Assembly: GCA_002269645.1 (NCBI GenBank)
Contig: NIVC01000596.1
Span: 1 to 64,000 of the forward strand
Direction: 5' to 3'
Origin: Macrostomum lignano
Taxonomy: Eukaryota
DNA: 64,000 nucleotides
The notes under the pieces are model-generated. The model saw nothing but the letters and a program-made list of their open reading frames with translations, did no database searches and was not told where the DNA came from. Position numbers and translations under genes: made by a program. Position 1 is the first letter of the stretch. The number at the start of each line of letters is the position of its first letter. Below, in pieces: positions 1 through 13,500 of this stretch.

Positions 1-31
1 AAGATTCCAGGTTCGAGTCCTGGCGTGGTCG
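1..31 (+). tRNA. trnR-ACG: tRNA-Arg(ACG), 3' part only (truncated by window start)
   Basis: Identical to the last 31 nt of the complete copies (AAGATTCCAGGTTCGAGTCCTGGCGTGGTCG); followed immediately by TTTT (Pol III terminator-like). Confidence 0.85.
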
Positions 32-288
32 TTTTAAATTTTTTTCCTTACATTTAAGTTAAGAACATTAAAGTAGTTATCGTGGACATTAGAGACATTA
101 GACAAAACTGAAATGCAGTTGTTGCCTTTAAAACGAGTGTTCACCAAGACCTCTTAAAGCCGTTTCCGATTTCAACATTCCAGCCAAGCCTCGCAAGTCA
201 CATGCAGGCCGCGTGATCAACATGCTTGGCAGTAGCTCCGCTTTTTAATAAAATTAGAAATCCGTGCTCAAGGACTCGCAAATGCCGA

Positions 289-361
289 GGCCGCGTGGCG
301 CAATGGATAACGCGTCTGACTACGGATCAGAAGATTCCAGGTTCGAGTCCTGGCGTGGTCG
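289..361 (+). tRNA. trnR-ACG: tRNA-Arg(ACG), flank type A
   Basis: 73-nt cloverleaf GGCCGCG...CGTGGTCG. Anticodon stem TCTGA/TCAGA with loop CT-ACG-GA, A box TGGCGCAATGG, B box GGTTCGAGTCC, T runs within ~15 nt downstream. Confidence 0.97.
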
Positions 362-449
362 CTCTGAAATATATTTTCGATTTTACTTGTATTTTTATAT
401 GGCCACAAAAACAAAATAGTCGTTTGGCAAGAAATCCGGTGGGTCTCCG

Positions 450-930
450 TGCTGCATTGCAATAGGTGTCACGTGTCAGTGAGGCATTGGAATAGGTGTC
501 AGTGAGGCATTGGAATAGGTTACGTGAGGCATTGGAATAGGTGTCAGTGAGGCATTGGAATAGGTGTCAGTGAGGCATTGGAATAGGTGTCAGTGAGCAT
601 TGGAATAGGTTTCAGTGAGGCATTGGAATAGGTGTCAGTGAGGCATTGGAATAGATGTCAGTAAGGCATGGGATTGGTGTCAGTGAGGCATTGAATAGGT
701 GTCAGTGAGGTATTGGAATAGGTGTCAGTGAGGCATTGGAATAGGTGTCAGTGCTGATTGGAATAGATGTCAGTGAGGCATTGGAATAGGTGTCAGTGAG
801 GCATTGGAATAGGTGTCAGTGAGGCATTGGAATAGGTGTCAGTGAGGCATTGGAATAGGTGTCAGTGAGGCATGGAATAGGTGTCAGTGAGGCATTGGAA
901 AGGTGTCAGTGAGGCATTGAATAGGTGGAA
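450..930. repeat. 23-bp minisatellite (GGAATAGGTGTCAGTGAGGCATT)n
   Basis: About 20 tandem units between tRNA A and tRNA B. Confidence 0.95.
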
Positions 931-1083
931 TTCGAATAATTCGAATTTCTCTGGAATTCAGTTTTTCCTCAAAAGATTTAACATGCTCTATAATTACTAC
1001 TGAAATCGTATCCATTAAGAGATTGGCATGTGATCAAAACAGATAAAGGATAAAGGAATGCTCAAGGACTACCAAATTTCGAG

Positions 1084-1156
1084 GGCCGCGTGGCGCAATG
1101 GATAACGCGTCTGACTACGGATCAGAAGATTCCAGGTTCGAGTCCTGGCGTGGTCG
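1084..1156 (+). tRNA. trnR-ACG: tRNA-Arg(ACG), flank type B
   Basis: Identical 73-nt sequence; T run ~15 nt downstream. Confidence 0.97.
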
Positions 1157-1559
1157 CTCTGAGCAATTAATATTTTTTTGTAAATAAATAATCTCAGAGT
1201 TCAATATGCACCTCTGACTGCAGTTGTACATCAGATGTGGAAGTTCTGTCTGTATGCCGTACTCACGCACAATGCAGTGCTGGCGTACTGGTTGGTTCAA
1301 GCTGAGCGCCCCAGCTATTTAAGGTTCTGACATCGAAACTGGCATTCTTTATTTGCTATTCTCCGCGGACAGAAAAGTTTAGACAGAAGAGCCACAGAAT
1401 GCTGAGACAAACTGCCTGCTCTGCTATTCTGCTAATGCTAGCTTTCAATGCAATCGGTGAGTTTTGTAATCTGGCGTTATGATTTGAGTTCTGAGAGATA
1501 CTTGTAGGTTAGTGTGAAATGAAAAGAGTCACTTTCATTGTTTGCATCATGGGAGACTG

Positions 1560-1755
1560 CTGTCACAGCCATAGTCACAGTCACAGTCCCAGTCCCAGTC
1601 ACAGTCACGGTGTCCCAGTCACAGTCACAGTCACAGTTTCATAGTCACAGTCACAGTGTCACAGTCACGGTCACAGTGTTACATTCACAGTCACGGTGTC
1701 ACAGTCACAGTCACAGTCACAGTCACAGTCACAGCCACAGCACTCAGTCACAGTC
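1560..1755. repeat. (GTCACA)n hexamer microsatellite
   Basis: Imperfect hexamer run; paralog at 19405-19620. Confidence 0.9.
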
Positions 1756-2439
1756 AGAACGGTAGTGTCAGCACCCAGTCACAGCTCACAACATACCCCG
1801 ATTCGCCCAGACCCGCAGCTGGACTTCGATGTCACTCAGCATCCAACGCTCCATCGCCAGACGGCAGAGCAGCCAGTGTAAACTGTGTGGCAGGTTATGA
1901 CTACTGCATCAGGTTCTCAGTTGCCATCGGCGGCAGGAAATCGGTATGACGTGAATTCTACCAGTGTCGAATTGCAGTTTTGTCTAAATCCGTTTAAACA
2001 CATGGCCTGTTGCGACCTCTTACTACTTGTGGCAGTAATATAAAATGATTGGCCAAAAACATTTTCAGTACTACAGGGCCTGCTACCTGGACAAGGACGG
2101 CTGCTTAAGCCTCACCTCCTTGCCTAACTATGGAGACTGCTCAGTGTGCTCAGCTGACAACTGCAACTAAGGATTACTACTTTAATGAGTAATCAAGACT
2201 GAACATCTTTTGATAAGCTTTGATATAAGCTGCAAAAACTGGTTGTATCTGTGTATTATATATTAATTTAATTGTAGGCTGAAAGGTAAGATTAACTAAT
2301 GATAGAAAAAAGATTTTTAATTCACGTTGAACTCATAATGATTTTAAAATATATTGAAAAAATTGCATGTACTACTAAAATATTTCATAAAATTAATTTT
2401 CAATTGTTAAAATGGCTTACTTGTTGACTGTCTTAATCA

Positions 2440-5400
2440 TTATCAGGTGTGACTGGGTTGAGCATTATCAGGTGTGACTGGGTTGAGCATTATCAGGTGT
2501 GACTGGGTTGAGCATTATCAGGTGTGACTGGGTTGAGCATTATCAGGTGTGACTGGGTTGAGCATTATCAGGTGTGAATGGGTTGAGCATTATCAGGTGT
2601 GGGTTGATCTTTATCAGGTGTGACTGGTTGAGCATTATCAGGTGTGACTGGGTTATCATTATCAGGTGTGAATGGGTTGAGCATTATCAGGTGTGGGTTG
2701 ATCTTTATCAGGTGTGACTGGGTTGATCTTTATCAGGTGTGACTGGGTTGAGCATTATCAGGTGTGACTGGGTTGAACATTATCAGGTGTGACTGGGTTG
2801 AGCATTATCAGGTGTGACTGGGTTGAGCATTATCAGGTGTGACTGGGTTGAGCATTTTCCGGTGTGACTGGCTTGATCTTTATCAGGTGTGACTGGGTTG
2901 AGCATTATCTGGTGTGACTGGCTGGATCATTATCAGGTGTGACTGGCTTGAGCATTTTCAGGTGTGACTGGCTTGATCATTATCAGGTGTGACTGGCTTG
3001 ATCATTATCAGGTGTGACTGGCTTGATCATTATCAGGTGTGACTAGCTTGATCATTATCGGTGTGACTGGCTGATCATTATCAGGTGTGACTGGCTTGAT
3101 CATTATCAGGTGTGACTGGCTCGAGCATTTTCAGGTGTGACTGGCTGGATCATTATCAGGTGTGACTGGCTTGAGCATTTTCAGGTGTGACTGGCTTGGA
3201 TCATTATCAGGTGTGACTGGCTTGAGCATTTTCAGGTGTTACTGGCTTGATCATTATCAGGTGTGACTAGCTTGATCATTATCAGGTGTGACTGGGTTGA
3301 GCATTTCAGGTGTGACTGGCTTGATCATCATCAGGTGTGACTGGCTTGATCATTATCAGGTGTGACTGGCTGGATCATTATCAGGTGTGACTGGCTTGAG
3401 CATTTCAGGTGTGACTGGCTTGATCATTATCAGGTGTGAATGGCTTGATCAGTATCAGGTGTGACTGGCTTGATCATTATCAGGTGTGACTGGGTTGATC
3501 TTTATCAGGTGTGACTGGGTTGAGCATTATCAGGTGTGACTGGGTTGAGCATTATCAGGTGTCCCTGGCTTGATCATTATCAGGTGTGACTGGCTTGAAC
3601 ATTATCAGGTGTGACTGGCTTGAACATTATCAGGTGTGACTGGCTTGATCATTATCAGGTGGGACTGGCTTGATCATTATCAGGTGGGCTGGCTTGATCA
3701 TTATCAGGTGTGACTGGCTTGATCATTATCGGTGTGACTGGCTGGGTCATTATCTGGTGTGACTGGCTGGATCATTATCAGGTGTGACTGGCTTGAGCAT
3801 TTTCAGGTGTGACTGGCTGGATCATTATCAGGTGTGACTGGCTTGATCATTATCAGGTGTGACTGGCTTGATCATCATCAGGTGTGACTGGCTTGATCAT
3901 TATCAGGTGTGACTGGCTGGATCATTATCAGGTGTGACTGGCTTGAGCATTTTCAGGTGTGACTGGCTTGATCATTATCAGGTGTGAATGGCTTGATCAT
4001 ATCAGGTGTGACTGGCTTGATCATTATCAGGTGTGTCTGGGTTGATCTTATCAGGTGTGACTGGCTTGAGCATTATCAGGTGTGACTGGGTTGAGCATTA
4101 TCAGGTGTCTGGCTTGATCATTATCAGGTGTGACTGGCTTGAACATTATCAGGTGTGACTGGCTTGAACATTATCAGGTGTGACTGGCTTGATCATTATC
4201 AGGTGTGACTGGCTTGATCATTATCAGGTGGGACTGGCTTGATCATTATCAGGTGTGACTGGCTTGATCATTATCGGTGTGACTGGCTGGTCATTATCTG
4301 GTGTGACTGGCTGATCATTATCAGGTGTGACTGGCTTGAGCATTTCAGGTGTGACTGGCTTGATCATTATCAGGTGTGACTGGCTGGATCATTATCAGGT
4401 GTGACTGGCTTGATCATTATCAGGTGTGACTAGCTTGATCATTATCGGGTGTGACTGGCTGGATCATTATCAGGTGTGACTGGCTGGATCATTATCAGGT
4501 GTGACTGGCTCGAGCATTTTCAGGTGTGACTGGGTTGAGCATTATCAGGTGTCTGGCTTGATCATTATCAGGTGTGACTGGCTTGAACATTATCAGGTGT
4601 GACTGGCTTGAACATTATCAGGTGTGACTGGCTTGATCATTATCAGGTGTGACTGGCTTGATCATTATCAGGTGGACTGGCTTGATCATTAGGTGTGACT
4701 GGCTTGATCATTATCGGTGTGACTGGCTGGGTCATTATCTGGTGTGACTGGCTGGATCATTATCAGGTGTGACTGGCTTGAGCATTTTCAGGTGTGACTG
4801 GCTTGATCATTATCAGGTGTGACTGGCTTGATCATTATCAGGTGTGACTGGCTTGATCATTATCAGGTGTGACTGCTTGATCATTATCGGGTGTGACTGG
4901 CTGGATCATTATCAGGTGTGACTGGCTTGATCATTATCAGGTGCGACTGGCTCGAGCATTTTCAGGTGTGACTGGCTGATCATTATCAGGTGTGACTGGC
5001 TTGAGCATTTTCAGGTGTGACTGGCTGGATCATTATCAGGTATGACTGGCTTGAGCATTTTCAGGTGTGACTGGCTTGATCATTATCAGGTGTGACTAGC
5101 TTGATCATTATCAGGTGTGACTGGGTTGAGCATTTTCCGGTGTGACTGGCTTGATCATCATCAGGTGTGACTGGCTTGATCATTATCAGGTGTGACTGGC
5201 TGGATCATTATCAGGTGTGACTGGCTTGAGCATTTTCAGGTGTGACTGGCTTGATCATTATCAGGTGTGAATGGCTTGATCAGTATCAGGTGTGTCTGGG
5301 TTGATCTTTATCAGGTGTGACTGGTTGAGCATTATCAGGTGTGACTGGGTTGAGCATTATCAGGTGTGACTGGGTTGAGCATTATCAGGTGTGACTGGGT

Positions 5401-6845
5401 TGAGCATTATCAGGTGTGACTGGTTTGAGCATTATCAGGTGTGACTGGGTTGAGCATTATCAGGTGTGACTGGGTTGAGCATTATCAGGTGTGACTGGGT
5501 TGAGCATTATCAGGTGTGACTGGTTGAGCATTATCAGGTGTGACTGGGTTGAGCTTATCAGGTGTGACTGGGTTGAGCATTATCAGGTGTGACTGGGTTG
5601 AGCATTATCAGGTGTGACTGGTTGAGCATTATCAGGTGTGACTGGTTGAGCATTATCAGGTGTGACTGGGTTGAGCATTATCAGGTGTGACTGGTTGAGC
5701 ATTATCAGGTGTGACTGGCTTGATCATTTATCAGGTGTGACTGGCTTGAGCATTATCAGGTGTGACTGGCTTGATCATTATCAGGTGTCCTGGCTTGATC
5801 ATTATCAGGTGTGACTGGCTTGATCATTATCAGGTGTACTGGCTTGATCATTATCAGGTGTGACTGGCTTGATCATTATCAGGTGTAACTGGCTTGATCA
5901 TTATCAGGTGTCTGGCTTGATCATTATCAGGTGTGACTGGCTTGATCATTAGCAGGTGTAACTGGCTTGATCATTATCAGGTGGGACTGGCTTGATCATT
6001 ATCAGGTGTGACTGGCTTGATCATTATCAGGTGTGACTGGCTTGAGCATTATCAGGTGTGACTGGCTTGATCATTATCAGGTGTGACTGGCTTGATCATT
6101 ATCAGGTGTGACTGGCTTGATCATTATCAGGTGTGACTGGCTTGATCATTATCAGGTGTGAATGGCTTGAACATTATCAGGTGTGACTGGCTTGATCGTT
6201 ATCAGGTGTTACTGGCTTGATCATTATCAGGTGTGATTGCCTTGATCATTATCAGGTGTGACTGGCTTGAGCATTTTCAGGTTGACTGGCTTGATCATTA
6301 TCAGGTGTGAATGGCTTGATCAGTATCAGGTGTGACTGGCTTGATCATTATCAGGTGTGTCTGGGTTGATCTTTATCAGGTGTGACTGGGTTGAGCATTA
6401 TCAGGTGTGACTGGGTTGAGCATTATCAGGTGTGACTGGGTTGAGCATTATCAGGTGTGACTGGGTTGAGCATTATCAGGTGTGACTGGGTTGAGCATTA
6501 TCAGGTGTGACTGGGTTGAGCATTATCAGGTGTGACTGGCTTGATCATTATCAGGTGTGACTGGGTTGAGCATTATCAGGTGTGACTGGCTTGATCATTA
6601 TCAGGTGTGACTGGGTTGAGCATTATCAGGTGTGACTGGGTTGAGCATTATCAGGTGTGACTGGGTTGAGCATTATCAGGTGTGACTGGGTTGAGCATTA
6701 TCAGGTGTGACTGGGTTGAGCATTATCAGGTGTGACTGGCTTGATCATTATCAGGTGTGACTGGTTGAGCATTATCAGGTGTGACTGGGTTGAGCATTAT
6801 CAGGTGTGACTGGGTTGAGCATTATCAGGTGTGACAGCATTATCA
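2440..6845. repeat. 25-bp minisatellite (CATTATCAGGTGTGACTGGCTTGAT / ...GGGTTGAG)n
   Basis: About 175 tandem units with recurring variant blocks. Confidence 0.97.
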
Positions 6846-7070
6846 CAGTCAGTTAGTTTGTATTGCAATGGAGAGAATGGAAAAGGTTATTAAGGCAAGC
6901 GACAATGCTACAGGTTCAGCAGGTATACGAAGATACCTGAATACAGAAAACCTGCCGCACATAACCACTTTGTGACGGCTCTGGCTGACGACAGCAGGTC
7001 AAATAAATCTGGAAATCAGATTCAGTATTTTCAATTTTATTTGACAGACTGAGGCAGTTCTGCTGCCGAG

Positions 7071-7143
7071 GGCCGCGTGGCGCAATGGATAACGCGTCTG
7101 ACTACGGATCAGAAGATTCCAGGTTCGAGTCCTGGCGTGGTCG
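7071..7143 (+). tRNA. trnR-ACG: tRNA-Arg(ACG), flank type C
   Basis: Identical 73-nt sequence; T7 run shortly downstream. Confidence 0.97.
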
Positions 7144-7214
7144 CTCTGCGATTTTTTTTCGATTTTTCAATATATCCGCGAAAAATATCTGAATATTGGT
7201 TCGACAAGACATCT

Positions 7215-7975
7215 AGTGAGTGTCAGTAATGCATTGGAAAAGGTGTCAGTGAGTCATTATAATAGACTTCAGTGAGGCATTGGAATAGGTGTCAGTGAGG
7301 CATTGGAATATGTCAATGAGGCATTGGAATAGGTGTCAGTAAGGCATTGGAATATGTGTCAGTACTGCATTGGAATATATGTCAGTAAGGCATTGGAATA
7401 GGTGTCAGTGAGGCATTGGAATAGGTGTCAGTGAGGCATTGGAATAGGTGTACGTGAGGCATTGGAATAGGTGTCAGTGAGGCATTGGAATAGGTGTCAG
7501 TGAGGCATTGGAATAGGTGTCAGTAAGGCATTGGAATATGTGTCAGTACTGCATTGGAATATATGTCAGTAAGGCATTGGAATAGGTGTCAGTGAGGCAT
7601 TGGAATAAGTGTCAGTGAGGCATTGGAATAGGTGTACGTGAGGCATTGGAATAGGTGTCAGTGCTGCATTGGAATAGGTGTCAGTGAGGCATTGGAATAG
7701 GTGTCAGTGAGGCATTGGAATAGGTGTCAGTGAGGCATTGGAATAGGTGTCAGTGAGGCATTAGAATAGGTGTCAGTGAGGCATTGGAATAGGTGTCAGT
7801 GAGGCATTGGAATAGGTGTCAGTGAGGCATTGGAATAGGTGTCAGTGAGGCATTGGAATAGGTGTCAGTGAGGCATTGGAATAGGTGTCAGTGAGGCATT
7901 AGAATAGGTGTCAGTGAGGCATTGGAATAGGTGTCAGTGAGGTATTGGAATAGGTGTCAGTGAGGCAATAGGTTT
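7215..7975. repeat. 23-bp minisatellite (same family as 450-930)
   Basis: About 33 units downstream of tRNA C. Confidence 0.95.
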
Positions 7976-9863
7976 TAGTGATGTAATGATGGAATAATGT
8001 TAATTATGTAAATAAATATGCAAATGGTGCAAACACCCGAGACGGCGGCGCGTCACTGGGGAGCAGAGCTCAACCATCCGGTTGTAGGCCGTGTGCTGCA
8101 CTCTCTGCCCCACATTATTCATGACTCACTTCTCTCGCCTAAACTTGTTTACCGATTCTCGACCAATCACGCATCGCTTCACCCTTAACCCAACATTGAC
8201 TAATAAATATACTGAGCAAACAAAGCCACACAGAGGCCATCTTTTTTTCGGCACGCTAACCTAGACTTCACACCGGTCCGTTGCAGTCGGTAGAAGTGGT
8301 CGTCGGCAGGAGAGCAGTCGATGTCCGAGCTCCTTCTTATTGAGCGGGGTGGTCATTTTGAGCTGGGAGAAGACGGCTCAGGGATTCCAGGGAAATCAAA
8401 GAACTGTCAAGATCAGATCAGCGTGACGTAGATTCAGGCAATGAACCCATGCCTCCGACAAGTTCGAACTCCGATCCTTCGACAGGATCCGAGCTACGAG
8501 CTATCTATTTCCAATAGTTGTTACTAATAGCAAGCTGAGGGATGTTATTGCTTTAAAAATACACGAAAAGAGTTTAATAAGCGAAATCAACATGATGCTG
8601 ATGTAACCGCCCTTGTCGCCCGTCCGCTCCGTTGAGAGACGAACGCATGACCAGAGGGGGCAATGACCGTAGGCTGCCTATGACCGGGCAATGACCTGAC
8701 GGACCTCCAGCACCAGACTGTCCCACCCAATGATTGATAGCTTTGGTAGCGCTCTCGTGACCAGAGGGCCAAGGACCCACATGGACCCCACCTGTAGCCA
8801 AGGTGCAATAGTTGGTCACTCGGTCAGAGCATGACCGAATGGCTGCCACCGCTCTATGTGACCTGGCGCACCTGGATCTTATTACCAGACCTCTCGAGAC
8901 TAGAGCCCCGCCTGGATTGGTTACCAGGGGATTTAGGCTAACAGGGGAGACACATGCAGCCGAGTACAGGGACTCTGCTTGGGGCATGATCGGGAACTCT
9001 GGGCTCAATCTGGAGGATTTCTCATCAGGGGATCCTTTGTGGCTGTGAGCGAGGCTGACTTGCGGCTTCAATTACTAAGAGTAGTGTGAGGCGAACATGT
9101 ACTGTCTCTAGTTTCGATTGCTCAGGGCGAAGGGGCACGTCAGCATGGGGTTGCAACCTTCCTACTGCCATTCTGTGCCAAGACTCGCTAATCCCCTCTA
9201 CTGCACGCACACTCGGACCCGCAGCACGCACTCACAGGCGAGCTTTGCACGGGGAGAGGCCATTAGCTTACCCAAACTTCCTTATGCTTTGCCACTCAGG
9301 GAGAAAGGCTTAGCAAGCCATGAATGAAATGATGGTGAAAGAGTGAATAATGAGGAGGTTAGTAATAGTTAATAATTAGGCCCTTAGGCAAAATAATCGG
9401 GCAATAAGGCGGCTTCACTATTGAGTAAAATACAGCAAAATATACGGTATCAAGATTGGCTCAGCTCTCTAATTAAGCAATGGAAAATAGGCGAACCCCG
9501 GATAAGCAAGGCAATCAGAGCACAAATTAGTAATAGGAACTTACCTGCGGCTGCACAGAGAGAGGGAGAGAGAGAGCGATGGAGTGACCGTGGGCGGCTA
9601 TTGGCTGCAGTCGGGCAGGCAGTGAAGCGGCGATGCGCTGAAGCGACGAGGCGCTGATGTAGTTCAGGCGATGCTGAAGATGATTGGCGGTGACAGACCG
9701 CGGACCGACAGATGAGCTCACTTGGGGAGCTGAAGATAACTTGGCGGTGACAGACCGCGGACCGGCAGAGGTTCGTCCTATAGACGAATGGGTCAGATCG
9801 AGGTCTGACAGCAAGCCCACAATAGGGACAAGACAAAAGCCTTAGAGTAAGCGTCTGAGGGTT

Positions 9864-10355
9864 CTTATATAGCCTTCCTTATGACGCTTCCTTATATAGC
9901 CTTCCCAGCCGCCGCTCCAAGGTCGTTTCCATGACTCTCTCTCTCTCTGATTGGCTGCCGGCAGAATGACGTCAGAATGAGTCATGATGAGAAGCATGAG
10001 AATGGCAAAGCAACATGAGAAATGGGAAAATTGTGCAATCCAGAGGTGGGGTGGGAGCATAATTGGCGCAGCGGGAGGTCGCGAAAATGTTGCGCAAGCA
10101 AACATTGAGAACAATTGGGGTGGGGTCGAGGACAAAGGAAATAGAAATCGGGGATAATTGGGGAGAACCGAGAACAATAGAAAAGTAAACATTGGAGAAA
10201 AGGTGCTAATTGGGTGCGAAAATGAGAACAAAAGAATCAAAAACGAGAACAATAGAACCGGAGGTGGGGTGGGTGTGGCATGAGAAATTTGGAGAGGAGA
10301 GCAATTGCATGAGAAAAGGTTGCGCAAGAGGGGGTGGTGAGTCATCGATGAGTCA
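9864..10355 (-). promoter_or_regulatory. Pol II promoter-like module (two TATA boxes, CCAAT, CRE, AP-1, C/EBP-like sites)
   Basis: Minus-strand TATATAAG at 9864-9872 and 9891-9899; CCAAT at 9950-9954; TGACGTCA 9967-9974; TGAGTCA 9978-9984, 10338-10344, 10349-10355; ATTGTGCAAT 10030-10039; TTGCGCAA 10090-10097 and 10320-10327. Downstream donor CAG|GTAAGT at 9545/9544. Confidence 0.5.
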
Positions 10356-10529
10356 TCGAGGGGAAAGAGGGGTCACAAGACTTTCGTCACCGTTTGGGAG
10401 TTTACTAAGGGGTGGGGAGACGGTGAGCGCACAAAGTACTGTAAGTAGGTACCAGAAAAGGGAGAGAGCGCAGAAAAACAGTGCAAAAAGAGACAAAAAG
10501 ATAAGAAGCGGGAAAAGTACAAGCTAGAT

Positions 10530-13500
10530 GGGGCCTCACTCACCCAGAACTACAAGGAAACTGACAGAAACGCCTCACTCACCCAGAACTACAAGGAAAC
10601 TAACAGAAACGCCTCACTCACACAGAACTACAAGGAAACTCACACAAACGCCTCACTCACACAGAGCTACAAGGAAACTGACAGCAACGCCTCACTCACA
10701 CAGAACTACAAGGCAACTGAGAGAAACACCTCACTCACACAGAACTACAAGGAAACAACTGACACAAACGCATCACTCACACAGAACTACAAGGCAACTG
10801 AGAGAAACGCCTCACTCACACAGAACTACAAGGAAACAACTGACACAAACGCCTCACTCACACAGAACTACAAGGAAACTAACAGAAACGCCTCACTCAC
10901 ACAGAACTACGAGTACAAGGAAACTAACAGAAACGCCTCATTCACCCAGAGCTACAAGGAAACTGACAGAAACGCCTCACTCAACCAGAACTACAAGGAA
11001 ACTGACAAACGCCTCACTCACCAGAACTACAACGAAACTGACAGAAACGCCTGACTCACACAGAACTACAAGGAAACTGACAGAAACGCCTCAATCGCAC
11101 AGAACTACAAGGAAACTGAGAGAAACGCCTCACTCACACAGAGCTACAAGGAAACTGAGAGAAACGCCTCACTCACACAGAACTACAAGGAAACTAACAG
11201 AAACGCCTCACTCACACAGAACTACGAGTACAAGGAAACTAACAGAAATGCCTCACTCACACAGAGCTACAAGGAAACTGACAGAAACGCCTCACTCACA
11301 CAGAACTACGAGTACAAGGAAACTAACAGAAATGCCTCACTCAACCAGAGCTACAAGGAAACAACTGACACAAACGCCTCACTCACACAGAACTACAAGG
11401 AAACTAACAGAAACGCCTCACTCACACAGAACTACAAGGAAACTGACAGAAACGCCTCACTCACCCAGAACTACAATGAAACTGACAGAAACGCCTCACT
11501 CACACAGAACTACAAGGCAACTGAGAGAAACACCTCACTCACACAGAACTACAAGGAAACAACTGACACAAACGCCTCACTCACACAGAACTACAAGGAA
11601 ACAACTGACACAAACGCCTCACTCACACAGAACTACAAGGAAACAACTGACACAAACGCCTCACTCACACAGAACTACAAGGAAACTGACAGAAACGCCT
11701 CACTCACCCAGAACTACAAGGCAACTGACACAAACGCCTCACTCACACAGAACTACAAGGAAACTGAGAGAAACGCCTCACTCACACAGAACTACAAGGA
11801 AACTAACAGAAACGCCTCATTCACCCAGAGCTACAAGGAAACTGACAAACGCCTCACTCACCCAGAACTACAACGAAACTGACAGAAACGCCTGACTCAC
11901 ACAGAACTACAAGGAAACTGACAGAAACGCCTCAATCGCACAGAACTACAAGGAAACTGAGAGAAACGCCTCACTCACACAGAACTACAAGGAAACTAAC
12001 AGAAACGCCTCACTCACACAGAACTACGAGTACAAGGAAACTAACAGAAATGCCTCACTCACACAGAGCTACAAGGAAACTGACAGAAACGCCTCACTCA
12101 CACAGAACTACGAGTACAAGGAAACTAACAGAAATGCCTCACTCAACCAGAGCTACAAGGAAACAACTGACACAAACGCCTCACTCACACAGAACTACAA
12201 GGAAACTAACAGAAACGCCTCACTCACACAGAACTACAAGGAAACTGACAGAAACGCCTCACTCACCCAGAACTACAATGAAACTGACAGAAACGCCTCA
12301 CTCACACAGAACTACAAGGCAACTGAGAGAAACACCTCACTCACACAGAACTACAAGGAAACAACTGACACAAACGCCTCACTCACACAGATCTACAAGG
12401 AAACAACTGACACAAACGCCTCACTCACACAGAACTACAAGGAAACAACTGACACAAACGCCTCACTCACACAGAACTACAAGGAAACAACTGACACAAA
12501 CGCCTCACTCACACAGAACTACAAGGAAACTGACAGAAACGCCTCACTCACACAGAACTACAAGGAAACTGACAGAAACGCCTCACTCACACAGAACTAC
12601 AAGGAAACTGACAGAAACGCCTCACTCACACAGAACTACAAGGAAACTGACAGAAACGCCTCACTCACACAGAGCTACAAGGAAACTGACAGCAACGCCT
12701 CACTCACCCAGAACTACAACGAAACTGACATAAACGCCTCACTCACACAGAACTACAAGGAAACTGACAGAAACGCCTCAATCGCACAGAACTACAAGGA
12801 AACTGACAGAAACGCCTCAATCGCACAGAACTACAAGGAAACTGACAGAAACGCCTCACTCACACAGAACTACAAGGAAACTGACAAACGCCTCACTCAC
12901 CCAGAACTACAACGAAACTGACATAAACGCCTCACTCACACAGAACTACAAGGAAACTGACAGAAACGCCTCAATCGCACAGAACTACAAGGAAACTGAC
13001 AGAAACGCCTCACTCACACAGAACTACAAGGAAACTGACAGAAACGCCTCACTCACACAGAACTACAAGGAAACTGACAGAAACGCCTCACTCACACAGA
13101 ACTACAAGGAAACTGACAAAAAAACGCCTCAATCGCACAGAACTACAAGGAAACTGAGAGAAACGCCTCACTCACACAGAGCTACAAGGAAACTGACAGA
13201 AACGCCTCACTCACACAGAACTACAACGAAACTGACAGAAACGCCTCACTCACCCAGAACTACAAGGAAACTGACAGAAACGCCTCACTCACACAGAGCT
13301 ACAAGGAAACTGACAGCAACGCCTCACTCACCCAGAACTACAAGGAAACTGACAAACGCCTCACTCACCAGAACTACAACGAAACTGACATAAACGCCTC
13401 ACTCACACAGAACTACAAGGAAACTGACAGAAACGCCTCAATCGCACAGAACTACAAGGAAACTGACAGAAACGCCTCACTCACACAGAACTACAAGGAA

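Larger units (their letters stand above)
61..7143 (+). repeat. Three-tRNA cassette, copy 1 (paralog of 17640-20853)
   Basis: Unique spacer sequences (e.g. ~100-440, 930-2440, 6850-7070) recur nearly verbatim at ~17690-18000, 18770-20290 and 20550-20780. Confidence 0.92.

Noticed and set aside
450-6845. Scattered single-base deletions in array units as biological variants
   Set aside because: They are enriched in cassette 1 and look like residual long-read indel errors; not interpretable without raw reads.
8298-8311. TGGTCGTCGGCAGG as an LTR primer-binding site
   Set aside because: It does not match the 3' end of the local tRNA-Arg, is not directly after a CA LTR end, and no second LTR or gag/pol is visible.
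9015-9030. CTGATGA-GAAA on the minus strand resembling a hammerhead ribozyme core
   Set aside because: No helix II between the two core motifs and no convincing helices I or III.
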